A stretch of 64,000 nucleotides of DNA from an uncultured Acidobacteriota bacterium. GTDB lineage: Bacteria > Acidobacteriota > Terriglobia > Terriglobales > Acidobacteriaceae. Made by a program: the position numbers and the translations under genes. Of the stretch, positions 26,472 through 36,970 are shown one piece after another. The stretch spans positions 19,585-83,584 of the forward strand of contig CAVTVE010000005.1 of the NCBI GenBank assembly GCA_963738165.1, in the 5' to 3' direction. Below the pieces are notes generated by a model. That model saw nothing but the letters and a program-made list of their open reading frames with translations. It had not been told where the DNA came from and did no database searches. How positions within the stretch are numbered: the first letter of the stretch is position 1; each line of letters opens with the position of its first letter.

Positions 26472-28473
26472 GTCGGGTCGAGGACTGGCGCGGTATTCCG
26501 AAGGTCCAGCCTAGCTTGTTGCTCCCCGTTTCCTCTGGGAGTGCCTCAATAGCCAAACCGTGAATCCGTTTCCAGCCCCCGCCACATCGCACCCAGCGTG
26601 CGGATTTCCCGCACTGGGCGCACCTGTTTGCTTTGTGCCAAGAGTTATGTGGCCTATCGTGCTGGGGCGACTTTCGCACCTGACCATCGACGGAGCTGGT
26701 AGTTGTTAAACAGACCCAGCCGACCGTATAGCCATTCGCTACTCCATCGCGTCCAGCCGAAACCTTTGCGGCCCCGGGCTCGCATCAAATGCCGCCGTAC
26801 CTTCTCCTCTACCCAGCGTTTGACCACCCCAAAACAAATACTCGAATGGCCGACCCGAAAGTAGTTCACCCAACCGCGCAGAACCGGATTGATTTTCGCA
26901 ATCACAGTCTCGACGGGCCAGCTGACGTGCTGCCGGAAGATCTCCCTGAGCTTTTCAAACAGCGCTGTCCGCTTCTTCAGCTTGGGCACATAGTTTGGTC
27001 GCCATTTCCGCTGAAGGCTCAGTACACGCCGATATTCAAAGCCCAGAAAAGTGAAGCTCTCTCCCTTCTTCAGATCCACCATCCGACTCTTGTCCTCGTT
27101 GATCTCAACGCGGAGCTTCGCGAACTCCTCGCGCAGCCGTTTGTCTATCGCCTCCACCAGCCAGTCATTCCGCCGTTCAGCGTCGATCAAGATCACCATG
27201 TCGTCCGCAAAACGCGCGTACTGGACTTTGGTTGACTTGCCCCTTCGCGTGATATCCACCGCCTTCTCCAGCATCCGGTCTACCTCATTCAGATAGAGGT
27301 TACTGAGCAAAGGTGAAATCACACCGCCTTGGGGAACGCCTTTCTTTCCGGTCGCCTTCAGAATCATCTTGAGTAAATGCATGACCGCATCATCATGGAC
27401 CCGCCGAGCCACTTTCTCTAACAACAGAGAGTGCTGCACGTTATCGAAATAGGAGGCTAAATCCAAATCAATGATGCGCGTCTTCTCTTCGACGATCGCT
27501 CTGGCTACCCGGGCTACGGCTTCATGCGCCGTCCGCTTCGGTCGATATCCAAACGACCCTGTTTGGAAGTCAGCTTCGAAGATCGGCTCCAGGATGAGCT
27601 TTAACGCCCCCTGGACCACTCGATCACGGATTGCAGGAATCGAAAGGACGCGGACTTTCTTTCCCCCGTCCTTTGGAATCTCCTTCTTCCGTGCCGGCAT
27701 GGGCCGATACGTGTTGGTAACTAATTCATCCCGAATCTGCACGAGAAAACTCTCCGCTCCGCTTTCCTCGATGGCTTCAAACGTGACCCCGTCAATGCCC
27801 GGAGCCCCGTCATTACGGCTCGCCATCTGGTAGGCTTCCCACAAAGTCTCCATCTTGCAGACATGGACGTATAGTCCCCAGAAACGCCAAGACGGTTCTG
27901 CCTTCGCCTTGACATATAGACTCCTTCTCAGGTCCTGCAAACTGATGGGCGTTTTTGTCATCTCACCCTTGCCTCCCGTTTTGTTAGAGCCATCACAAAC
28001 AGCAGGGCCTCTTCGCTCCACGGGAATTACTCCGCTTCCTCGCTACTACAGACCCAGCCGAATCCCTCTCGCCGTCCGCCGACTTCCCGGTGTCACCGGT
28101 TATACGGCTTCCCTGCTCCGCCGATTTCTCAACGGGGCGAGGAGGGTTTCTCCAGTTGCTTAGCATGACCTTGTCACCGTGCTGTCCCTACCAACCCCGC
28201 CGAAGTGTTTCGCCGCATCAGTCCTTGCGACGCACCATGCTGCCTTCGCCCGAAAAGTGAGGGCTCGGCCTTCGGATTTCAGTACTTTCGAGGCCATATG
28301 GGTTCACTTGCGTTACGGCCCGGCAACTCGCTCGCCATCCTTTTCAGAAGGCTTTGTCAATAGGCTTCAGGATTTTCAGTTTCCTTCCTTCCTGCTATTC
28401 AAGCTACAGGGCTTGGACTCTTACCCCGGTGGGACTTTCACCCACTGTTCATGCCAGCCTTCGCTGGACGCAC
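26472..28473 (-). mobile_element. Group II intron, copy B (identical to copy A, inverted)
   Basis: All ORF-track translations inside it are letter-identical to those in 3205-5206. Offsets from the RT ORF to both ends are identical (452 nt and 182 nt). The flanks differ from copy A beyond GAAGT|GTGCG and ...CCCGAC|. Confidence 0.85.
26654..28021 (-). CDS. Group II intron reverse transcriptase/maturase
   Basis: The 455-aa translation is identical to ORF 3657-5024. Confidence 0.9.
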   Translation of the reverse strand: MERRGPAVCDGSNKTGGKGEMTKTPISLQDLRRSLYVKAKAEPSWRFWGLYVHVCKMETLWEAYQMASRNDGAPGIDGVTFEAIEESGAESFLVQIRDELVTNTYRPMPARKKEIPKDGGKKVRVLSIPAIRDRVVQGALKLILEPIFEADFQTGSFGYRPKRTAHEAVARVARAIVEEKTRIIDLDLASYFDNVQHSLLLEKVARRVHDDAVMHLLKMILKATGKKGVPQGGVISPLLSNLYLNEVDRMLEKAVDITRRGKSTKVQYARFADDMVILIDAERRNDWLVEAIDKRLREEFAKLRVEINEDKSRMVDLKKGESFTFLGFEYRRVLSLQRKWRPNYVPKLKKRTALFEKLREIFRQHVSWPVETVIAKINPVLRGWVNYFRVGHSSICFGVVKRWVEEKVRRHLMRARGRKGFGWTRWSSEWLYGRLGLFNNYQLRRWSGAKVAPAR

Positions 28474-28730
28474 ACTTCACGTTACTGATACTCGCGAAGG
28501 CGTCCGTAGACCGCCGCGCAGACCACGGACAACTTTCCTCGCGGCATCCAAAACGGTATCTCTCTGGCTAAGTCGAGCCAAGTGAATAGCACGAGAGAGC
28601 AGATTACACCACACACGAATTCTTAAAGCGGGATGAAGGAGATGTTAGACAGCCGCATGGCGAATCTTCACCCCTCAGGCAGGATGCTTACTCGCGAGGA
28701 GTCGAAACGCCCCCATTTTGAGGAGTGATC

Positions 28731-30398
28731 ATGGAAGTGAGTCCTAATGCAGGAAAGCCAGCCGAGTTGTCGATGCTGGTGAACGTACCCAGACTCGTCA
28801 CGGCTTACTACACGGAAATGCCTGACCCTTCTCTGCCGGAACAACGAGTTGCTTTCGGCACCTCAGGACATCGTGGTTCCGCATTCAGAAGGGCTTTCAA
28901 CGAATGGCATATCCTGGCTATTAGTCAGTCCATTTGCATGTACCGGAAACAGAAGAAGATTGATGGCCCGCTGTTTCTCGGCATGGACACGCATGCCCTT
29001 TCCGTACCGGCTCTTGCCAGCGCGCTAGAGGTGCTGGCGGCAAATGGAGTAGACGTCATGTTGGCAGAGGAGGGTGAATACACTCCTACTCCTGTCGTTT
29101 CGCACGCCATTCTCACGTACAACCGCGGACGAAAAACAGGTCTCGCCGACGGCATCGTCATCACGCCATCCCACAATCCGCCACATGATGGTGGGTTCAA
29201 ATACAATCCACCAAATGGTGGGCCGGCGGAAACCGACGTCACCGCTTGGATCGAGGCCAAGGCAAATGAGTTTCTCGAGAACGGTCTTCACAGTGTCAAA
29301 CGGATTCCTTACGAAAAAGCTCTTCGCGCAACTACAACCCATATGCACGACTATCGCAATGCTTACATTGCTGATCTCGCCAATGTGATTGATATAGATG
29401 TCCTGCGGGAGACGAAGATCAGCATGGGAGTCGATCCGCTTGGCGGTGCCGGGATCCACTACTGGGGACCAATTGCCGACCGCTACGGGCTAAACCTCAC
29501 CGTCGTGAACGAGGACGTCGACCCGACGTTTCGCTTTATGAGCGTAGATTGGGACGGTCAGATCCGCATGGACCCATCCTCACCTTATGCAATGCAGAGC
29601 TTGATCCGCCTGAAGGATAGCTTCGAGATCGCATTTGCCTGCGATACTGACCACGACCGCCATGGGATTGTCACCAAGAGCACAGGGCTGCTCCCGCCCA
29701 ATCACTACCTTTCGGTAGCCATCTTCTTTCTCTTCCAACACAGGCCAAGATGGGGTGAGACGGCGGCAGTGGGCAAGACGGTAGTGAGCAGCCAGATGAT
29801 TGATCGCGTCACTGCGAAGCTTGGCCGGAAGCTTTACGAGGTGCCGGTTGGTTTCAAGTGGTTCGTCGATGGCCTACTGGACGGCTCGCTTGGCTTCGGT
29901 GGCGAAGAGAGCGCGGGTGCCTCGTTCGTTCGCATGGATGGAAGTGTGTGGACGACGGGCAAAGACGGAATGGTCCCGGCTTTGCTCGCAGCAGAGATCA
30001 CGGCGCGCATGGGCCGCGATCCCGGCGAGATCTACCGCGAACTCACGCGCGAGTTTGGCGAGCCCATTTATGACCGGGTTGAGGCGCCAGCTACGCCAGA
30101 ACAAAAACAGATATTAGAGAGACTCTCGCCGCAGCAGGTCCGGTCCACAGATCTGGCCGGGGAAAAGATCAAGGCGATCCTTACCCGTGCACCAGGCAAC
30201 GATGCGCCCATCGGCGGGTTGAAAGTAATGACCGAGAGCGGTTGGTTCGCGGCGCGTCCGTCTGGGACTGAGGACATCTACAAGATCTATGCGGAGAGCT
30301 TCCAGGGACCGGATCATCTGCATCGCATCCTGGAGGAAGCACAAGCGATCGTCGGAGATACTCTGGCTGTGTCGACTACTACGGAGAAATCATCATGA
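28731..30398 (+). CDS. pgm: Phosphoglucomutase (alpha-D-glucose phosphate-specific)
   Basis: FGTSGHRGS and the active-site loop VITPSHNPPHDGGFKYNPPNGGPA. Length and overall pattern resemble E. coli-type Pgm. ATG 28731 is preceded by GAGGAG. Confidence 0.9.
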   Translation: MEVSPNAGKPAELSMLVNVPRLVTAYYTEMPDPSLPEQRVAFGTSGHRGSAFRRAFNEWHILAISQSICMYRKQKKIDGPLFLGMDTHALSVPALASALEVLAANGVDVMLAEEGEYTPTPVVSHAILTYNRGRKTGLADGIVITPSHNPPHDGGFKYNPPNGGPAETDVTAWIEAKANEFLENGLHSVKRIPYEKALRATTTHMHDYRNAYIADLANVIDIDVLRETKISMGVDPLGGAGIHYWGPIADRYGLNLTVVNEDVDPTFRFMSVDWDGQIRMDPSSPYAMQSLIRLKDSFEIAFACDTDHDRHGIVTKSTGLLPPNHYLSVAIFFLFQHRPRWGETAAVGKTVVSSQMIDRVTAKLGRKLYEVPVGFKWFVDGLLDGSLGFGGEESAGASFVRMDGSVWTTGKDGMVPALLAAEITARMGRDPGEIYRELTREFGEPIYDRVEAPATPEQKQILERLSPQQVRSTDLAGEKIKAILTRAPGNDAPIGGLKVMTESGWFAARPSGTEDIYKIYAESFQGPDHLHRILEEAQAIVGDTLAVSTTTEKSS

Positions 30399-32941
30399 GC
30401 GAGCCAGTCCGCGTCAGCCACCCGATCTATAACCTCCTGCCTATCGAGATCGAGGGCTTCGATTCGCTGGCAGAACTCGCCTTGGATATGCGCTGGTCAT
30501 GGAATCATGCCACCGACGAAGTATGGCGGCAGCTTGATCCTAGACTGTGGGAGATCACGCAAAATCCTTGGGTCGTCCTCCAGACGGTCTCGCGAGACCA
30601 GATCGAGCACGTGTTGGCCGATCCCGTTTTTCGGAAAACCGTAAATCGTTTGGTGGAAGCCAGCAGGTACGCGGCGGAAGCGCCCGCGTGGTTTCAACAG
30701 AATCATTCGCAGGGCTCGATGACCTGCGCTGCGTATTTCAGCATGGAATTCATGTTGAGCGAAGCTCTGCCTATTTACTCGGGGGGACTCGGCAATGTGG
30801 CTGGCGATCAACTCAAAGCTGCCAGTGATTTGGGTGTGCCGGTCGTAGGCGTGGGGCTGCTTTATCAGCAGGGCTATTTTCGCCAGATGATCGATAGAAA
30901 CGGCGAGCAACAAGCCCTCTATCCATACAACGACCCAGGACAGTTGCCGATCACACCATTGCGCCAACCAAATGGGGAGTGGCTGCGACTGGAGATCGCA
31001 CTGCCTGGATACTCGGTCTGGTTGCGCGCTTGGCAAGTCCAGGTCGGCAGAGTGAAGCTCTACCTGCTAGACAGCAATGACGCTGCGAACTTCCCCGCTC
31101 ATCGAGGGATTACGAGCGAACTCTACGGCGGTGGCCCGGAGTTGCGCCTCAAGCAGGAACTGCTGCTCGGGATCGGCGGATGGAGATTGCTCCGCGCACT
31201 TGGGCTCCTGCCAGAGGTCTGCCACCTCAATGAAGGACATGCGGCATTCGCTGTATTGGAACGTGCCCGCAGCTTCATGGAAGAGACCGGGCAGCCCTTC
31301 AAAGTTGCACTGGCGGTGACACGAGCGGGAAATCTCTTCACAACCCATACGGCGGTGGCCGCTGGTTTTGACCGTTTTGCTCCTGTCCTCATCGAGCAAT
31401 ACCTCGGGTGGTATGCCGAAAAGAAACTCGGCATCTCACTTCAGGATCTGCTGGCCCTGGGGCGCCAGAATCCAGACGACTCGTCGGAAACTTTCAACAT
31501 GGCATATCTGGCGATTCGAGGCAGCGGCGCGGTGAATGGGGTGAGCCGCTTACATGCCCAGGTCAGCCGACACCTCTTTATTCCTCTGTTTCCGCGCTGG
31601 CCAGAGAACGAAGTCCCAGTCGGATATGTGACTAATGGAGTGCACGTGGCCACTTGGGACTCGGCTCCTGCCGACGATCTTTGGACGGGAAGCTGCGGAA
31701 AGGATCGCTGGCTAGGGACAACGGAAAATATGGAACAGGAGGTTCGCCGGATCCCGGATGCCAAGCTTTGGGAGTTTCGTGTCGCCTCCAGCAAGTCTCT
31801 CGTTGAATACGCCCGCGCCCGACTGTCCCGGGATCTAGCGGCGGCGGGCGCAGCGGCTGAGAAAATTGAAGCTGCGAAATATCTCTTTCATCCCAACACC
31901 TTGACACTGGGCTTTGCGCGGCGTTTCGCGACCTATAAGCGACCGAACCTGTTGCTGCAAGACCCGCAACGGCTACTTCGTCTGCTGATCAACCCTGAGC
32001 GTCCGGTGCAACTCATCATTGCCGGCAAGGCGCATCCAGCAGACCAGGCGGGGCAAGCTCTGATTAAGGAATGGATACATTTCATCCGACAGCCGGAGGC
32101 ACGACCGCATGTAATCTTCCTCAGTGACTACGACATGAATTTGACCGAGCACTTGGTACAGGGTGTGGATGTTTGGATCAATACGCCACGTCGGCCGTGG
32201 GAGGCTTGCGGGACTAGTGGGATGAAGGTGCTCGTCAACGGCGGTATCAATCTGTCGGAGCTGGATGGCTGGTGGGCGGAAGCATACACGCCCGCAGTTG
32301 GATGGGCGTTGGGAGATGGCCAGGAACATGGCGCCGATCCCGCCTGGGAGGCTGCCGAAGCAAACGCGCTTTACGACCTGCTCGAGCGCGAGGTGATTCC
32401 GGAGTTCTATACCCGAGACGAGAATGGAGTTCCTGCCGTCTGGGTGGCGCGAATGCGGGAAAGCATGGCGAGGTTGACGCCGCGTTTTTCCGCGAGCCGC
32501 GCGGTATGTGAATACACTGAACAACACTATTCCCTGGCTGCCACCGCATTCCGTGAGCGCGCAGCGAACAACGGCGCTATAGGCCGACAAATAGTCGACT
32601 GGCAGAATGCGATGGATCAGAAGTGGGGCTCGATGCGCTTCGAAAAATTGCGAGTGGAAACCAATGCAGACTACCACGTGTTTGAAGTCGAAATATTCCT
32701 GAACGATCTCGACCCGCGGGCGATGCGAGTTGAGCTTTATGCGGAAGGAATCAATGGCAGTGCTCCCGAACTTCAGGAGATGCGGCGCGTTCGCCAATTG
32801 GACGGCGCGCCAGCCACCTACGTTTACAGCGCTGCTGTGTCTGCGGTCCGCCCAGCAACTGACTATACGGCGCGCGTGATACCTCATTGCGACCACGTTG
32901 CGATCCCGCTTGAATACGCACGAATCCTGTGGCAGCGGTGA
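30395..32941 (+). CDS. glgP: Alpha-glucan phosphorylase (GlgP/maltodextrin phosphorylase family)
   Basis: 848 aa. LALDMRWSWNH N-terminal domain, FSMEFMLSEALPIYSGGLGNVAGD, GTSGMKVLVNGGINLSELDGWW (PLP-Lys region). The start overlaps the pgm stop (ATGA). Confidence 0.9.
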   Translation: MSEPVRVSHPIYNLLPIEIEGFDSLAELALDMRWSWNHATDEVWRQLDPRLWEITQNPWVVLQTVSRDQIEHVLADPVFRKTVNRLVEASRYAAEAPAWFQQNHSQGSMTCAAYFSMEFMLSEALPIYSGGLGNVAGDQLKAASDLGVPVVGVGLLYQQGYFRQMIDRNGEQQALYPYNDPGQLPITPLRQPNGEWLRLEIALPGYSVWLRAWQVQVGRVKLYLLDSNDAANFPAHRGITSELYGGGPELRLKQELLLGIGGWRLLRALGLLPEVCHLNEGHAAFAVLERARSFMEETGQPFKVALAVTRAGNLFTTHTAVAAGFDRFAPVLIEQYLGWYAEKKLGISLQDLLALGRQNPDDSSETFNMAYLAIRGSGAVNGVSRLHAQVSRHLFIPLFPRWPENEVPVGYVTNGVHVATWDSAPADDLWTGSCGKDRWLGTTENMEQEVRRIPDAKLWEFRVASSKSLVEYARARLSRDLAAAGAAAEKIEAAKYLFHPNTLTLGFARRFATYKRPNLLLQDPQRLLRLLINPERPVQLIIAGKAHPADQAGQALIKEWIHFIRQPEARPHVIFLSDYDMNLTEHLVQGVDVWINTPRRPWEACGTSGMKVLVNGGINLSELDGWWAEAYTPAVGWALGDGQEHGADPAWEAAEANALYDLLEREVIPEFYTRDENGVPAVWVARMRESMARLTPRFSASRAVCEYTEQHYSLAATAFRERAANNGAIGRQIVDWQNAMDQKWGSMRFEKLRVETNADYHVFEVEIFLNDLDPRAMRVELYAEGINGSAPELQEMRRVRQLDGAPATYVYSAAVSAVRPATDYTARVIPHCDHVAIPLEYARILWQR

Positions 32942-33154
32942 CCTGATCAGGCTCCGCGTGACGGACTCAAAGTCCGTATTCTGCACCGCGCATCTTTACA
33001 TGCAAGAATCGCGACTAGACGAGAGCGCGTGACACCTCGATGAAGACGCGAACGAATCCAGTGGAGTTACGGAAGTGCTGACGTTCCGAAGACCGCTCGC
33101 CTAAATCACAAGTTAGTACTGGGAAACGCCGATTGGACAGTTCATCCAGCGGCA

Positions 33155-33706
33155 TCAGTCCGGCCTCGAAACCGTGCGGGATTCTAAAAGTTCCGCTGGA
33201 ACTTCTGCGTTCAGAGCGGCTAGCAGTCGGACGAGTTTGTGATCCAGGTCGATTCCGACCTGCGTAATCTCATCGCGACCCAGTCCCGCAAGAGTTGCGC
33301 TAGGCTGTTCGATACTGAATTTCGTTCCTTCGCCGGATTCGTAGATCGCACAGCGCAATGGAACGTATAGAGCCACGGCAGGGTCGTGCCGGTACATCGT
33401 CTCTGCGATGGCATGGTTTCCCATCAAGTATTCGGTTGCCCGCCGTGTGTTGCCGGCGAGACTCATCAGAGGCGCTATGTCCAGCTTCCAGTAAAGGAGA
33501 AAATCATGCGGCGCCGATCCACTCACAGCCGCGGCGACCTCCGGCCATGGGGCCTTTCGCTCAACCAGCTCAATCCCGCGATTTCGATCCCACATAGGAA
33601 CAGCGGCCTCAAACCGCCGGCAAAAATCGTCGTAGCTGTCTCGCACGGCAATATCGAGGCGGACGACCTGGTGTGGAATTGCAGCGCTCCTCATTTCCTT
33701 TCCCAT
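33155..33706 (-). CDS. Hypothetical protein, possibly DUF302-like
   Basis: ATG 33706 is preceded by AAGGAGG. YLMGNHAIAETMYRHDPAVALYVPLRCAIYE resembles DUF302 proteins. The assignment is tentative. Confidence 0.55.
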   Translation of the reverse strand: MGKEMRSAAIPHQVVRLDIAVRDSYDDFCRRFEAAVPMWDRNRGIELVERKAPWPEVAAAVSGSAPHDFLLYWKLDIAPLMSLAGNTRRATEYLMGNHAIAETMYRHDPAVALYVPLRCAIYESGEGTKFSIEQPSATLAGLGRDEITQVGIDLDHKLVRLLAALNAEVPAELLESRTVSRPD

Positions 33707-33726
33707 AATGCCTCCTTTTTCGTTGG

Positions 33727-34734
33727 TCACGAACAGAGTCCTCGCTCGAACTTCGAGATCAAAGCCGCCAAGGCTCCCGGCTGTTCATACGTGGTGAGGT
33801 GACCGCCGGGCAATCGCTCGATCTTGAGGCCGAACTTGCCTAGCTGTTCCTGCGCGAGGTCAACCTGCCGGTGTTCAAAGGGATCTTCATCGCCGCCTCC
33901 CACCAGGAACGGGAATTCGCCGCGGTAAGCCTTGAAGAGGCGGCCGAAGTCGAGCCGATCGCCTTGCGCTTTGTGATCAGCCACAAAGCTCGCTCCTGCG
34001 GCGAGGTAGAACAGGCCATCGTGGCGGTCCATGGCGCTATGAAGCTCGCGGATCTCGGAATCCGTTACGTGATAGCTTTTGGACCACATCTTCCTTACTC
34101 CTGGCATCCTCTTGAAGAGCGCGAAGGGGCGGCCCAGGCGCGGGCGGGCCCGGTTGGGGAGGCGGCGCAACATCGGGGTGGTGTACCACGGGTGGGAGTG
34201 GCCGTCCGTGAAGAGCCCGCCATTGAAGATGAAGACTCCGCGTATGTCGGGACCGCCCACGGGTTCGCCCAGCTTTGAGCGCTCAAGTCGGCGTTGCAGG
34301 TGCTCCAAAACGACAAGAGAGGAAAAATCGAAGGCGACCAGCGTTGTGGACCGGACGGAGAGATCCCGCCAAATCGCTTCGAGGAGATCGGTGCGTTCGG
34401 CCGTGGAATAGGCATAGTCTTCGGGCTTATCACTGTCGCCCATGCCGACATATTCGACGAAGAGCTTCGGCATCTCCGGAGCGTTCGGTAAATGCGGCAG
34501 AACCTTGGCCCATCCAAAGGAACCATCGGGAAATCCTGGCAGGAAGGACACGGCGTGAGCGAAATCTCCCTCCCGCCGCAAGAACACGTTGAGAGCCGCA
34601 CCTTGTGCTCGAACGATGGCGCGCGCTTTGGGGTCGTAGCCGACGCGCTCACCACCGGCGAACCAGGCCTGGGCAGACGGGGTCGAGCCCGCGTAAACGG
34701 CCGTGCCGGTAACCATGCCAACGAGATTGGACAT
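33727..34734 (-). CDS. Alpha/beta-fold hydrolase
   Basis: 335 aa. YVGMGDSDKPEDYAYS motif, as in the haloalkane dehalogenase/epoxide hydrolase-like subgroup. C-terminal GGHLTTYEQP (catalytic His region). Confidence 0.75.
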   Translation of the reverse strand: MSNLVGMVTGTAVYAGSTPSAQAWFAGGERVGYDPKARAIVRAQGAALNVFLRREGDFAHAVSFLPGFPDGSFGWAKVLPHLPNAPEMPKLFVEYVGMGDSDKPEDYAYSTAERTDLLEAIWRDLSVRSTTLVAFDFSSLVVLEHLQRRLERSKLGEPVGGPDIRGVFIFNGGLFTDGHSHPWYTTPMLRRLPNRARPRLGRPFALFKRMPGVRKMWSKSYHVTDSEIRELHSAMDRHDGLFYLAAGASFVADHKAQGDRLDFGRLFKAYRGEFPFLVGGGDEDPFEHRQVDLAQEQLGKFGLKIERLPGGHLTTYEQPGALAALISKFERGLCS

Positions 34735-34748
34735 ATCAGGTCTCCATT

Positions 34749-35273
34749 TCAGGGGTGTATCTGCAGCAGCTTCCTACTCCACTGCTTGTCGACCCCTGGA
34801 CGCACCAACCAATAGAATGCGACGACGTGCGTGATCATCAGCATGGGCACATAGATGATCGGGATTGCATAGGTGGCGCCCAACTGGCCCGCCAGCGCAG
34901 GAAGGCCGAGCTGGTTGGCGTGGTAATAGTCGATGAGGATATCGGCTGCGCCCACGAGATTGAAGGCGACGACTAACAGCCAAAAGAGCGGACGTATCCT
35001 TACCGTGAGAAGCGCCAGAAGGGCCAGCACCCCCGTTGCGAAGTCCCCGTAGGCGGCGAACGTGGCGAAGCCAGCTGGCAGATTGGGGCCAACGATGCCT
35101 GGAAGGATAAAGACGAGCCCGAAGAAGCGGAAGCTATGCACGGTAGCGATGACGCGGTGTGCGTCGAATCGGTCCATCGACCTCAGCTTGGGAAGAACGT
35201 ACGTGCCGAAGCAAAGCAGGCACGCGACATAACCTAAAACGAGATGGATTTGGAAGATGGTTTCGGGCGACAT
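34749..35273 (-). CDS. Hypothetical integral membrane protein
   Basis: Probable start MSPETIF. About 5 TM helices. No family recognised. Confidence 0.6.
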   Translation of the reverse strand: MSPETIFQIHLVLGYVACLLCFGTYVLPKLRSMDRFDAHRVIATVHSFRFFGLVFILPGIVGPNLPAGFATFAAYGDFATGVLALLALLTVRIRPLFWLLVVAFNLVGAADILIDYYHANQLGLPALAGQLGATYAIPIIYVPMLMITHVVAFYWLVRPGVDKQWSRKLLQIHP

Positions 35274-35351
35274 CGGAACCTCCCGCCTAGTGGGATGATA
35301 CATATCATCCCATAGACTCAGATTTTCTTCTAACCGGGCCGAAAGGCTGGT

Positions 35352-36278
35352 TCATTGAACCGCGGCGCCGAAAGATTTGGCGTTCGCCAGGAAGAATTCC
35401 TCCAGCGTTAGCGGATTTCTGCCAGTAACCGCACGAATGGCATCGGTAGCTTGGTAGTGTTCCTCACTTTTCCGGAAGTACTGCCAAAGATGGGTCAGAT
35501 GATCGAGGGCGTGAGAATTGAGTCGCTCCTTTACCGCATCAGCCCACTGTTCGTCGGTAATTGGCACATATCGAATCTCCCGCCCGAGTGCCCGGCCAAG
35601 AGTCTCGACGATCTCCCGCACGGTTAGAGTTTCGCTCACCAGAGGGTACGCATTCTCCGATGGCATGCCGGAGCCGGCGAGAAGAGTTGCGGCTACGCGG
35701 GATACGTCTTCCGCACCCGCGAGTGGAATGACGGCTTTGCCATCGCCCCACGGCAGGAAGGCGGCATTATGCTCGGCCACACTCCGGCTCACAAGCGCGC
35801 GTACGTTTTCGTAATAGGGGGGCGTCTGAAGATGAACCGCGCCGACCTGCGCCCAGTCGAAGATACGATCAGCCAGCCGATGCTGCAAATTCCGGAATGA
35901 GGGAGCGCGTTTGAGATCCCGAAACGCGGGATCGCTAGGCGTACTTTGAAACTGCGAATTGTTCACCACCAGTTCCAGGCCCGCATCGCGAGCCGTTGCA
36001 GCAAAGATGGTGGCTGCCTCAAGCAGCCCATCGGCCACCGGATAGGTGAAATAAGCGCGCTTCACTTCTTTCATTGCCGCCTGGACTGAGGCTGGCTTGA
36101 GGAGATCGCCCTCGATGATTTCCGCACCTTGTCGGCGGAGGTCGTCGGATCGTACATCGAGTTTATGGACGAAGGCGCGAACGGGAATGCCCTGTTTGAG
36201 CAGCAGATCCGCGACGAGGCGTCCGGTTGAGCCCTGCGGACCGCCGGCTGCTCCTGTGATCAAAATCGGATTTGACAT
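35352..36278 (-). CDS. NmrA-family NAD(P)-binding protein
   Basis: ATG 36278 is preceded by AGGAGG. Rossmann motif ILITGAAGGPQGSTGRLVADLLLKQGIPVRAFV. Confidence 0.8.
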   Translation of the reverse strand: MSNPILITGAAGGPQGSTGRLVADLLLKQGIPVRAFVHKLDVRSDDLRRQGAEIIEGDLLKPASVQAAMKEVKRAYFTYPVADGLLEAATIFAATARDAGLELVVNNSQFQSTPSDPAFRDLKRAPSFRNLQHRLADRIFDWAQVGAVHLQTPPYYENVRALVSRSVAEHNAAFLPWGDGKAVIPLAGAEDVSRVAATLLAGSGMPSENAYPLVSETLTVREIVETLGRALGREIRYVPITDEQWADAVKERLNSHALDHLTHLWQYFRKSEEHYQATDAIRAVTGRNPLTLEEFFLANAKSFGAAVQ

Positions 36279-36394
36279 TGGAATCCTCCTTTTGGGGTAT
36301 AGGATGATCATAATAATCCTATGGATTCGATTTTCTTCAAGTCCATCGCAGCCGATTGCATCGTAAGATGATCGCGAGCATCCTATAATGAGTC

Positions 36395-36970
36395 ATGCGT
36401 TACCGGCCCGAACATAAAGCGGAAGTCCATCAGAAGATTGTGAAAGACGCCTCACGGCGCGTTCGCACCGAAGGTCTAACCGGCGCAGCGGTTGCAACCG
36501 TGATGCGCGACACCGGTCTCACGCACGGGGGTTTTTACAAACACTTTGGGGGCAAGAACGACCTGCTTCTGGAGTCACTGCACGAGGCCTTCCGGGAGAT
36601 CGGCGATACTCTGGCAGGCGCCGCGGAACAGTCGCATCCCGAGACAGCGTGGAAGGCGATTGTGAAAGCCTACCTAAGCCCGGAACACTGCGATCACGCT
36701 GAGCACGGCTGCCCCCTCACGACACTTGCGCCGGAACTGGCGCGGGCCGACAAGGGAATGAGGGACCAAATTCTTGCCGAACTCGTGAACTACAAGGATC
36801 GAATGATTCCCTTCATGCCGGGTCGGCGGCCTGCTGAGAAGGAGCGCGCTTTCTTTTCGATCTTTTCAACGATGATTGGGGCAATTGAAATCGCTCGTAT
36901 GCTCCCAGAGCCCGCGACGCGGGAGAAGGTGCTGGCGAGCGCAAGAGATTTTCTCTTGCACAGTTTTTGA
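36395..36970 (+). CDS. TetR/AcrR-family transcriptional regulator
   Basis: N-terminal HTH GLTGAAVATVMRDTGLTHGGFYKHFGGKNDLL. Divergent from the NmrA gene. Confidence 0.85.
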   Translation: MRYRPEHKAEVHQKIVKDASRRVRTEGLTGAAVATVMRDTGLTHGGFYKHFGGKNDLLLESLHEAFREIGDTLAGAAEQSHPETAWKAIVKAYLSPEHCDHAEHGCPLTTLAPELARADKGMRDQILAELVNYKDRMIPFMPGRRPAEKERAFFSIFSTMIGAIEIARMLPEPATREKVLASARDFLLHSF

